From: Curvularia clavata
Lineage: Eukaryota
Length of the DNA stretch: 64,000 nt
Direction: 5' to 3'
Assembly: GCA_023920165.1 (NCBI GenBank)
Contig: CP089275.1
Span: 5,456,001-5,520,000, forward strand
In this document: one piece after another, positions 1 to 11,315 of the stretch
How the letters are laid out: each line of letters begins with the position of its first letter
Numbering within the stretch: the stretch's first letter is position 1
Notes under the pieces: generated by a model
What the model was told of the DNA's origin: nothing
The model's database searches: none
Seen by the model: only the letters and a program-made list of their open reading frames with translations
Program-made: the position numbers and the translations under genes

Positions 1-1774
1 AGCCTCCTCATAGTTGAGGACGCTGAAGGACGAAGGCTCAACCCACTCAAACTTGCGCATGTTGGAGAGCGTGCCGTATTCGTCCAGGATGTCTGAGATG
101 TCCTGAGCGTACTCAGAGCCAAAGTTGCGGGCGGCGAAGCCGGCGAGCCACTCGGGAACAGAGGTCTCGTCGTAAGCGTCGATATCGTAGGCAATATCGA
201 ACCAGTGGCTAATGGCGATTTCGGCAGGCTTAATGTCTCCAACGTTGACGATCCAGATGCGGTCTGCGTCGCGGTCCTTTGCCAGTCTCATCTGGTCGTA
301 GGTCTTTTGCAGCTGAATAGTGTCCTGCCACTTGTAGTTACGCGAGTCACCGACATAGTCGAAGTGGTAGTAAACACCGGCACCACCCGATCGCTTCTTC
401 TCGTCGCCAACTGGGAGGCGGCGGATGTTTTGCCAGTTATCTTCTGTCCAGAGGAGAGTGACCCAGTCAGGAACCTTCATTCCAGCCTCGAAGTAGTCCT
501 GAACCTCCTTGTACAAGCACCACATCTGGGGAACTTCGGATGCATTGCCATGAACCTTGGTGAGAATGTCCTGCTGCGCTTCCACAACAGCCTCAAGCAC
601 TCCGGTTTGTACATCCGCAGACATGGCCGTGTCGTGGTATCCACGCATACCGACTGTAACGACGTTCTCATAGGGAGCCGCACGCTTGGCACCTTCCATA
701 AAGTAGTCGTAGAGAGTAGCGTTGTTGGTCGCCCATGACCAACCGGATTCAGCGCCCTTAGCCACCTTGCTCCATTCCTGTGTAGCGCGGACCATGGGCT
801 CAGTGTGCGATGTTCCCATTACGATGCCATACTCGTCAGCCAGGGGCTGATTGCGCGGGTCGTCGACATTGAACATGCCGTTCCACATGGCTGGCCATAG
901 ATAATTGGCCTTTGACCTGAGCAGCAGCTCAAAGACTTTAGAATAGAACTGTGCTCCAAAGGGCGCGCCATATGGAGAAATAGGGTAGCGGTCGTTGGCC
1001 CAGCCGGTCAGAGCTGGTGCCTCGTCGTTGATGAAGAAACCGCGGTACTTGACAGAAGGACTTTTCTGGACCTTGGTCGTCTTGAGCAGGTAAATAGAGT
1101 TGGCTTTTTTGGCTGGCACGTCGGCGAACCAGTGCCATGGCGAGACACCGATTTGCTCAGAAACATCGTAGATTCCGTAAATGGCACCGCGTCGATCACT
1201 ACCTAGGAGGAAATTAGCATTCGAAGCGATCAGCAATTCCGGCAGACATACCAGCAATTACAAGCGCTTCACCGCTCATGTTACCAGCGTTCTGTACAAC
1301 AGCGCTGACATACGCCTCCCATTGGCCTTCAATCTCACTGACATCGAGCTGACCACTGGCGATTAAGCCATCGATGAGACTCGAGTTGCCAATGGTGCCA
1401 ACGATGATGGTACCCTTGGAGGAAGAGTTTGCCGCCTTGCTGCCATCAACGCTCCAGTCCGCATTGACGCCTGTGACATTGAAGATCATGGAAGCATTTG
1501 CCTTTGCGGTACCAGAAGCCGTCAGTGTACCGTTTGTACCGGTAACACGGCCAAAGTCGATGGCGAGATCATGTGCGGCACGCAGAACACCGGGCCAGTC
1601 TGCTGCATCTGCGTGAATGCTCACGGGGGAGCCACGAGACGCAAGGAGAGTCGTTCCATTGCCGTTGGAGGTGGAGACGGTGGGCTTGCGGAAAGGTTCC
1701 ACCGCAGAGGCAGAGCCAGCAAAAGCGACTGACAGCGACAAAGCGCCAAGTACAGTGCGGGAGAGGAGCTCCAT
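1..1774 (-). CDS. Secreted glycoside hydrolase family 115 (xylan alpha-1,2-glucuronidase-like); 3' end runs off the window
   Basis: Signal peptide MELLSRTVLGALSLSVAFAGSASA; intron 1203-1251. Spliced frame reads IAGSDRRGAIYGIYDVSEQIGVSPWHWFADVP...VKYRGFFINDEAPAL...FELLLRSKANYLWPAMW...GIVMGTSHTEPM, which are GH115 signature motifs. Confidence 0.93.
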
Positions 1775-2078
1775 GGTGCTTGGTCAGTAGTCGAGCAACG
1801 TCCTGAACAAAGCCATAAAAGACGTGGAGATACCCTGCTTTTGAATGGTTTCCCCAGACCACAGTCTCGTGATATGCACGACTACTCCATTGCCCGCAAT
1901 CTCCACCAACTATCCCATTGCTAACTAGTCGTAGTGCATGTGGCAAATTACATTTTGACTCTATACCTAGACCGACAAACTTGGGCTTGCAGCAAATTCA
2001 GGAACAATTGCCCTGCTGGCCCACGAGCCGTTCTAATTGGTGCTAGTGACCTAACCAGCCCGACCGGTTGTTGTTGAA

Positions 2079-2563
2079 GGCTAAATTGAAGTGACGTACA
2101 GGGACCCATCCTCTTTGAGCAACGACTTCTTCCAGAAAAACGGTCGATGCAGGCTTGGCCATGTACAATAACTGTGGAGTTCGACATGGCGAGAATGTAG
2201 GAAAGATTAATGATATGCGGTCAACGCAGCCTTGTATATGTTGTATGTACCAAGAGCATGCAACCAAGAAATTATTCCGGGTACTATTTCTTGTGATTTC
2301 CCCGGTGCAAAAGACCAAAAGACGTAAGCCCCCGCTCCGCCACGGGGAATTATCGACTGGAGAGGAGCGGGAGGCTTGGAACGCAGGCCCTCGGTCCCAT
2401 GGAGAACTCCCCGCGTCGAGGGTGAAAAGGCTAAAATGAATGCTTCTGCCCCCCGCAAAGCGCCATGCCCGACTTAGACTAGTGCCAAGACCCACGCCGA
2501 GCCCTGCTCAAAAAGAAAAAAAATACATTGGGTAGGGAGAAGCCGCAAGGCCGAGAATTAGCC
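2079..2563. promoter_or_regulatory. Three putative XlnR/Xlr1 sites (GGCTAA) upstream of the GH115 gene, with several SYGGRG CreA-like sites nearby
   Basis: GGCTAAA at 2079-2085 and 2429-2435; TTAGCC at 2558-2563. Fits a xylan-debranching enzyme, but short motifs can occur by chance. Confidence 0.5.
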
Positions 2564-2785
2564 AGAGTAGCCGTCTTTGCGCAGCGCGTACCCACAGAAA
2601 TTCCAACAGTGTAAGATTCCGGAAGTGGCTCCATCGCACGTCCCGTGACCGTGGCTCGGAGGACGATTGTCCGAAGTAGTAGATTTTCTGTTAGTCCAAT
2701 CGCAGCAGCACTGCTTGGTTGCACCTCCGAATCTCCGCGCTCTCGCATCTTTCGCCCCACGCTGTCCTAGGAATAAACCTCCGCA

Positions 2786-3168
2786 ATGGCTCAAGGCGCA
2801 GTCAAGAAGACCAAGGCCGCGGCTCCTAAGAAGTAAGCCTCATTCTGCCCAAGGCGACTCTCATTTCCCCACTCAGCGCCTGAACCTGGTGTGCGACGCG
2901 ACACTGGCTGCCAGGTTCTGACTTTGCGACATGATGCTGACCATATCTTTTCTATAGGCCTTCCCAGCGCGTTCAACGTGGCGCCCGCGTCATCAAGCCT
3001 AAGAAAGCCTCCATCATAGCACAGAACAAGATCAAGCACAAGAGCAGCTCGGGTCTGATCGGGCAAACCGAAAAACTCTTGGCGGAAAAGGCTGGACATT
3101 TGGAGATGCTCAAGGGAGGCAAGAAGGACAAGAAGGAAGGTGGAGAGAAGAAGAAGAAGTCTGGTTGA
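2786..3168 (+). CDS. Small basic UPF0390/DUF2462 family protein (C19orf53-like); missed by the ORF track
   Basis: Exons 2786-2832 and 2958-3168, intron GTAAGC...GCTGAC...TAG. Protein MAQGAVKKTKAAAPKKPSQRVQRGARVIKPKKASIIAQNKIKHKSSSGLIGQTEKLLAEKAGHLEMLKGGKKDKKEGGEKKKKSG. Confidence 0.85.
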
Positions 3169-3564
3169 AAAGTCCTCGGACATGTCAAGTGTCTTTCTAG
3201 GCTACGGCACAAAGGCCTGTGTTGGATTCGCAAGCCCATCATGCTGCGAGCATGGCTGGGTCGGGTTGCATCAAGCCATGTAGCAAAGCGCGAAACCGAC
3301 CATGAAACCGAGTACGGGCGAGCCTACATACGTCAAGGATTGAGGACGCAATGGTGCAGGAACATGGGTGTGCGGCCCTGACTTTAGTCTTCGCTCACTA
3401 CACAGAAGCGCATTGGATCAGGATGAATCATGGGTCAGGAAACCATGTTGTTGGCATGTGACATTACCTTGCTCATCCACTCTGAGCTGTAACGTATGTG
3501 GTTCAAGGCTTGCGCCGTGCCATTGACTTAACAAATAGAAAGAACTTTGCCACTAGAACGCTTC

Positions 3565-5206
3565 TCAAATGATGCCAGCGCGTGCAGCTTCACCACCGCC
3601 AGCGTCCACAATCGCCTCTCTCTTCATGCCTCTACCCAAACCACCTTCACCCACTCCCATCCGGCGCGCAACATAACGCTGCGCTACAATACCTACACTG
3701 AGGTTGATAGTCTCCTCCATCCACTCACTGACCCACTCTCGCGGGTCAACTCCACCGCTTTCAATGATTTCTCGAATCTCTTGTGGCAGTTGGTGCTCTT
3801 CGCCCTCAGCCTCGGTGTTGGCGGGGGCATCCAGCCACTCTACCCACTTGGAGGGGAAGGATTGTGATACGCTCTTGAAGCTAATGCTGTGTATCGGATC
3901 ATAGAGGTAAATGGCAAAGGCTACCTGCTCTTCGTCCTCGTCTTCGTCACTGTCGTCGTCACTGTCGTCGTCACTTTCGTCACTTTCGTCATCGTCATCA
4001 TCGTCCTCTTCTGCTTTTCCTTTTTGCGCTGAAGATGATGTTGCAAATAGTCCGTCTTGTTGCGGATAACTGATGGCCTGAATCGCAATGAATATGTCAC
4101 TGCTCCTCACAGGGTTTGTCTCGCTCAAGACTTCGGTCGCTTGCTTTGCAGCCGCCTCTACACCTCCTCTTGCACTGAAGAACTCATTGGCATATGATTC
4201 GGCGCTCACTCGAGCAAGCTTGGTACCTTCAACGAGTCCTTTGACTACGCTCAGGTCACGCTTCTCAGTGTGGCGCCACCATGGGCCGTCGTTCCAGCTT
4301 CCACCACCGCCACGGTACCCATCCAATGAACCCCGCTGGGTGGACTCGGAGCCGCGCTGAACAACCATAAGATCACCGCCTTCTACTTGTGCCATGACTC
4401 CGGCGAATGTTTGATAGATGAGTGGATCGAGCGAGGGATAGCCGATGAGGTCGTGTGTAATGTGGATCTGCAGTCGTTCATGCTGAGAGATTGGTGGTGC
4501 GAGTGTATTCAGGATGTTGGTGAAGGTAGGCACAGCGCGCTTGCCGAGTTCGCCTCCTGTGCGTTGTTAGTCTGGGAGACAATGTGGCTTTATTGGCATT
4601 GTTCATACCAATGCCACGAAGAGCGCCAACATTGCCTCGCACTTGCTCCGCCCATCGTTGAGCCTCTTGGTTCTTCTGGATCTCTTGGTACGCTGCTTCG
4701 GCTTGCTTTCGCGCCGTCTCCGCTGCTGCAGTAGCCGTTGACACCAGTCCTCCCCATCCACCTCCCCACCACGATCCTCCAGACTGCCGCTCTTCCTTTG
4801 GCTCAGGTGCTTTCGGTTTGGCAGGTTCCTCTTTGGTTGGAACAAAGCTTTGGTGGTAGGAACGGGCGCTCTCGCCAGACTTCCTTGATGCCGGTGGCCT
4901 GTTATCCTCGCTTGTGCGTGCAGAGCCAGTGGATGAGGGAGTCGCGACACCGGGTGCCCGCCGGTTACTGGAGGCGGATGACGATGCTACCTTTGGGGTA
5001 TTTGGGCGGCTGATTTGGCGAGGCACTGCAGACTGAGGGGCCTTTCCCAATTGCTCGAGCTCGTCAAGATCCTTGAGAGCATCGTCCTCGACTTCAAACT
5101 TCTGGCGTGGAGCACGAGATGCTCTGGTAGACTTGGGCGGGGGTGCAGGCGTCTCGGCCAGCGCCTCTAGTTCTGCCAGCTCCTCATCGGCAGTTTTGGG
5201 TGGCAT
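3565..5206 (-). CDS. MTC1: Maintenance of telomere capping protein 1 (DUF5427) homolog
   Basis: Intron 4557-4608 joins MPPKTADEE...SWWGGGWGG...GALRGIG to GELGKRAVPTFTNILNTLAPPISQHERLQIHITHDLIGY...EWVSEWMEETINLSVGIVAQRYVARRMG. Confidence 0.8.
3932..4010. repeat. Coding 9-12 bp tandem repeats encoding an Asp/Ser/Glu tract in MTC1
   Basis: Repeated TCGTCACTG and TCGTCACTT units; protein EEDDDDDDESDESDDDSDDDSDEDEDEE. Confidence 0.8.
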
Positions 5207-5725
5207 GGTAGCTATAGAAGAAAACAAACACTACAGGACAAAATGATCCGAGAAAACAAGGCACAGCATATGCCGGCGTGAAGGCGGAGATAGTGCAAGT
5301 ACAGGGCGGCCGTGGAGACGTGGGCTGGGTGATGCGACCATCCGACAGGTACATGCTAGTCAATTTAGCGTCGGGGCCGTGATTGGCTGCCCGACCACCT
5401 GCCAAGCGCTCATGGTTCGCTTTTGCTGTAGCAGCCACGACCCCGAGACAAAGATCATCACACGTCGTATCGCGAACTATTCCATTTGCCATTTTCTTTC
5501 CTTGATTCCCTCTGTCTGCCGCTTGCGCTCGTTCGCGCGACCTTGTTGCTGCGGCTGGAGGTTTTGATCATCTTGCCAGCCTGCACGTTTTGCGTCTCCT
5601 TAGCAGGCTTACGATCAATTCGCGCTACGCCTCCCTGGGACCGTCCATGGAAGCATTGCGTCGACACATGCGCTCCAATCTCACCCCGACACAAATTCTT
5701 GTCCCAGTGTCGCTGGCCCTCTCCA

Positions 5726-8700
5726 ATGCCTCTCCCCAAGAGTGCGCCTGCGCGCTCCTCACAGCGCAGGAATTCCCAGCAAGATGACACGCCTACCCGG
5801 ACCCGTGGTCGAGCAAAACCAGCCCCATCAAAATCAGATGCCTCAGACATTGTCGCACCAAACAGCAGTCCTACTAAACTCAGTCCTACCATGACCAGGA
5901 AGACGACACGTTCTGCTTCAAACATTTCAGGTAATTCCGTCGAGGCCGCATCTGACATTTATGCCTCGTACGAACATCCCCTGTTTATGGTCTTTGGCTT
6001 GTCGCCCGAGTTTTTCAACAGCCTCAAGAAGCATCACGGCAAGCTCCCAAAGGAGCGCAAAATCATCGTTGGCTCCTTTACTGAAGGATCGCCTACTCCG
6101 GAAGAAGATGTAACTGAATCCGAAGAAGAGACGGCTTCAGAAAGCGAAGACGACATGCCTGTGGCGTCTCAGCCAACGCCAAGAGGCCGCGGTCGCGGTG
6201 GTCGAGGCTCACGCGGTGGGCGAGGTCGCGGCGGCCGTGGAAGAGGCCGTGGCGGACGCGGAAGAGGAGGCTTTGCAAAGACCACTTCATCGGCTTCATC
6301 AAGAGCTGCTCGTAATGGTTCTGCCATCTTCCCGTTCACAGAAGGAGATGATACTCTGTCCAACCAGAGCACGCCGATCAGCAATGCCAAGCCGCGAACA
6401 CGCTTGGTTGGTAGCGCGTCAGAGTATGGCTCAGACGATGACAATGAAGAAGCAATTGAAGATGACGAAAGCGAGCCTGACTACGATACCATGGACGTCG
6501 CACAAAAATCCCAAGACACGCCCCAAGGCTCCCAACCTCCCGACATGGACGATTCTAACCACGCAGCTTCTCACACGTCAGTACAAGCAGGCGACTCCAA
6601 ATTTGAATCAGCATCAAAGACGTCCAATAGACTCGGTGTTCCCAAGATTGCCTTGTTGCCCCAATCAGCATCGCAGACACCAGGAGAGTCGGTGTCAACG
6701 CCGGCAGAGTCTGCTGTTCCGAAACTGTTAGATCCTGACGAGGATGTTCTTTCCGATTCTGATCTTCCTGATCCCTTCATCTACGATGCACCTTCTCCAA
6801 TTGAGGCCGAATGCGAGGACAGGGCCGACTACCTTTTGCAGAAGCGTTTCAAGCCAATGATTGACGTACAGGCTGCCATTGCTGCTCTGACCAAGTTCCC
6901 TGCGTCTCAACGAAGTACGGAGAATCTTTATGCTTTAACCGAGAATGCACAACACATCCTCAGGGCCTGGCAAGATGAGTATCTCATGTTAGATGCAAGG
7001 GTGAGTTGTATGCCAAATTCAAGGCCGTTCTTGACTGACAACCCCAGACCGCACCCCATATGCACCCGGCTAAGAAGGCCTGCAATGGCGGGCGAATTCC
7101 ATTGGCACCTGAGGTCTTTGAAGACATGAAAGAGGCTGACCTATATGGTTACACATATGACCCAAAAAAGCCATCAGGGTGTCAAGATCCCTGGGCACAG
7201 CGACCAGGCGCAGAAAAGGGTGGTCGTAGAGAGCTCCGAACGCGTCGAACGCGCGACATGCTCGAGTCGGCAGCTCCGAGTGAAGAAGAATACGAGGATG
7301 ACAACGAAGGCCGCCCCTCTAAGCGGCAACGAAAGGCTCCTCGCAAATTCGATGGCACTGATGCTGGCACGGGCGCTACCACCCCGAAGAAGCACAATGG
7401 CTGGGGTGGTGCACGCAAAAAGGGTGTCAGCAGGTTTGCTAAGCCTGCCTCAGAGACGCCAGAGCCAGAATCAAGGCCAGTGAAACGCGCAAGGGCAACA
7501 GCTAGCAATCTGCTCCACCAACGCATTCAAGAAATGCGAGAAGAGTCTATCATTGGAAGCTCGGGAGATGAGGAATCATCGACCATGGATGTGGACGAAT
7601 ATACCGAGGTAAACCCCAAGCGTGGGCGTCCTGCGGGCAGCAAGAACTCTGCTCGTCGCAGCGACTACGGAGTGAAGAAGGGCCCACGCAAGAAGCCAAC
7701 TGATGCAACCGCGCCTGCAACACCGACGAATGGCACCAATCCGCCGCCACCTGCACTGAACTCAATGAGTGAAGGTCAAGGTCAGTTTACCATTGATGCC
7801 CAGCCTTTTGCAGAAAGTACACCCTTGAAGGCACCAAACTCTGCTGAGACGGTTTTCCAAGGCACGCCGCAAAATGCCACAGCACCTCAAGAGGTGCCAT
7901 TAGTGCATCCGAGCGAGTCCAGTACGCCAGATGCGTACATGCTCACTGCACCGTTGAGCCAATACACCAACAATTATGTCGACGAGTCGACACCCCCCTC
8001 GGGATCAAGAAGGAAACCGCGAGTCAAGAGCGAAAAGCGAAGCCAGTCAATGACTATGTGGTGGGCCGAGCGTAAGGCCAAGAAACGAGAGCAAGACGAG
8101 AAGGAGGGGAAGCCAGTGAAACCTACACCATCAAGGTCGAATTCCACAGGTCGAAAGGGCGCCAGGCAATCTGGAGGGCCTTCAGCTGTTGCTACACCAC
8201 AATCACAACAGCCAGAGTCGCAGCAAGCATCCCCAGTCCACCACACGCAGCACGCTACTCCACAGCACAGTCCCCACCATCCTCCTCCTGAAGCCTACCT
8301 CCATTATACACAAGGTCCTCCTGGTCCGCCACAGCATTACATGTATGTCTCGGCTCCTGCCCCGCCACCTCACATGATGATGTCCTACTCGCCACTTGCT
8401 GCGCTCCCGACTAGTTCCTTCCCGGGCCCATTTTCACATTACCCACCCCATCATCAACAGGGCATCCCTCTTGCCCAACCTAGCTCTGCGGGAGGACCAT
8501 TCGGAGGTGGACCACGTCAACTTGCACCAGCACCCTCAAACATGCCCACCTATCCCAGCCCATACGGCCCACAGAGTCCAGCTGGAGGAAGACCAAAGAG
8601 TCGTGGACAGTCGATACCAAAAACCACTACAAATGGGCAGCAGGCCCTAGCACCAGCGCCCCCTCACCAACAACAAGGACAGCATTCACAATCCCAGCCA

Positions 8701-8808
8701 CCCCAACCAGTGTTCAGCCCATATGTCCCTGTAGGCAGCGTGGGACGTGAGATGCCCTTCAAGGTTATGGTCCCTGGACCAACGCCAGAGAGAAGAGAAA
8801 GTCGTTAG
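5726..8808 (+). CDS. Large, mostly disordered, probably nuclear protein with RGG box and AT-hook-like motif; function unknown
   Basis: ATG 5726 (MPLPKSAP); intron 7001-7047 joins the two long ORFs in frame. RGRGRGGRG tract, PKRGRPAGSKN motif, NLS-like KRQRK, Pro/Gln-rich C-terminus. Confidence 0.75.
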
Positions 8809-9342
8809 GTACGGCTAGTTGCCAGAGGTGAAAAAGTTGGGAAGGACAGCGATGAAAGCGAAGATGAAATCTGGATGTTTGTATAGAAGTTTGGCTTCTT
8901 TTTCCTACTCTACTTGTAATAGGAGCTGTAAAGCGAAGACGCGATTGCATAATCGGGGGGAAGAGTAGCGAGGAGGCCTTTGTATCATATTTGTTGCACT
9001 GGAGCGTTGATTTTGTTGGCATTTTATTCCTATACTGAGCATGGCGTGGTTGCAGGTTTTGCTCTCATTTTTACCAGCTTGCTGTGCCTTCACCTAGGAC
9101 GGAAATTACGAATACATTTATCGGATGCCGCCTTCACAATATGATTGAGTTACTATAGGTTGGCACTTCGCTCCTACCTTCACATCTGCCGGGTGGTCTT
9201 GGCAAACTGGTGATTGTGCTTGCTCTCACCTCGCTCACGTCTCACGTTCATTCACTCATTCACTAACAAACCAAAAGAATTGGCCCATCCGCCCGCTACC
9301 TTTTCCTTCATTTCCTGTTCCAATTGAAGACTCAGCACCATC

Positions 9343-10820
9343 ATGGCCGACGACGAGGCAGCCACCACTCTTTGGAGCTTTGACGGCTCATCAGACGAGA
9401 TGGCGTCTAACAACCCTATCAAATCTCCCAGTCGCGACAGCTTCTCAGAGCTCACTCTCTTGATGAGAGCGAAGAAGCCATATACACTGAGCTCAAAATC
9501 GACTCGACTGCCACCAATAGCTTCTGGACGTAAGGGTAATTTATACAAATCATTCAGCTATGCTGACTTTTACTAATTGTGTCCAGACTCTATTTCTTCA
9601 AATTGCACGATCGCCTCAGAAAACCCTCTTTCCCTGCCGCCAAAATCTGCCAATGCGCCAGAGACGGTCGCTGAATTTCTTCAACAGCAAGAGCTTTCCG
9701 CCTCATCTGTTTCCCAAGTAGAACTCGCCCGAAAGTTCCGCTCCGAGAAGAGGATACCATCTTGGGACATATACAGTGCAACGACCACTCACAATAGCGA
9801 GGGATTTCCAATTCAACTCGAGAATCCATTAGCGCAGAACAACGAGAAAGAGCTTGGTAGCATGAAAGAAAATATAATGATTCTGGAGCGCACTGTCATG
9901 GCGCTCAAGAGGAGCAAAGAAGCACTAAGAGAGGCCAATGGAAATACCGAATCAATCTTGGATAAGCTCAAGTACGAGAACGTGATCAAAAAGGATCAGA
10001 TATCAGCGATGTCCCGATCCTTGGCTGAAAAAGAGATGACAGTCAAGAATCAGCAGCTGGATATAGACGAGTTGAAACGGAAACTGGCTAACTCGGAGAC
10101 TCAACTGAAAGAGCTCAGCAATGTTGCAGGTAAGCGTTAGCAGCTTCATGGTACCTAGATCAGTCGAGCTGACAACCACCAGTGGAGCGCGACTACCTTC
10201 AACAAACTATCGAGAAATTGACTCGCGAGCTAGACGAAGCCGTACAAGCCAAATCCAGCGCACAGCATCACGAAACCCAGTCCAAAGACCTCGCTGATAC
10301 CACCACGAAGCAAAACAAGGTCATAGCCGATCTGCGCGAGAAGCTGGTAGAAGCGAAACTCAAAAACATTGAGCTAGAAGACGACATCCAAGATCTTAAG
10401 CGGCTCAGCAATGAAACAGAGCTTACCGATCTCAACGCTAAGCTCCGCCAGAAGATGGTCGAATGCGATCGTCAGCGTAACCAGCTCAAGACTGTCGAAG
10501 CTCAACTTCAGCACTGTCAAGATCGCCTCAAGGACATTACAAACAACGGCATGTCACTACAGGGTGCTGTTCACCTTGTGAAACCGAGCGCTCAGGCTCA
10601 ACTGCCCAAGGGAGTTATGTCATGCTCCGAATGCTATGCCAACAATCTGGCATGCGATAGCAAGGCGACATGCCACAACTGTGCCGAACATAACAAGTCG
10701 TGTGCTCGTTGGAGGTGCTCGCTCAAGCACAAACTTGGCAGTTGTCCGCTCGCACCCTGCAAGTTCCCGCATGATGCGCAAGGATGGCTTGTTCGTTACA
10801 CGGATAGGCCGGAGTGGTGA
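9343..10820 (+). CDS. Coiled-coil protein with C-terminal Cys-rich zinc-binding region; function unknown
   Basis: Three ORFs joined in frame by introns 9530(or 9536)-9586 and 10130-10182. Heptad-rich middle; C-terminal CSEC-x6-C-x5-CHNC-x6-C-x4-C-x8-C-x4-C-x3-H. Confidence 0.75.
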
Positions 10821-11315
10821 GGCAGAGGTTCTTAAAGTCCCAGGAGACAATAGGGTGGCCTTCAGATATACTGATTAGCATATGTCAACATTGGGGTTTC
10901 GAGGAGGCAAGAGGTAGATGGGCTGATATGCACGCGGGCAATGGTTCAACAATAGCAGTTCTGATTCCTTCACTAAGCGTGCTAGAGTGGAGGTCCAGAC
11001 ATGTTAGCACGACTTCATTCCTCGAGGAGAGTTTCGGCTACTAGGATAGGAAATGGATTAATTGAACTTTTAGAGTTTTTAGCTATTATTGGTCTTCCTG
11101 ATCTTTACCGCAAGGGTAAAATTTTGTACAAAGAGGTGGACCAACGATATATGTTCGGTTTTCATGCACAAAGGAGTGCTCTGGGTTTAGGTTGAGATGT
11201 CCTACTCATGAGGCGCGTTCGGTAAACCTCTTCAGTGCTAAGACATCGACTGTGATCTGTCTCTCCGTATAGAGAGAAACTTTTTCGCTTTCAGATCACG
11301 CCGTTATACGCCGAA

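Noticed and set aside
3419..3486. GGATGA...CTGA as a box C/D snoRNA
   Set aside because: Imperfect C box, no terminal stem, and no rRNA guide that I could recognise.
5486..5725. N-terminal extension of the 547-aa ORF
   Set aside because: Starts at a non-ATG codon and reads like 5' UTR; ATG 5726 is more plausible.
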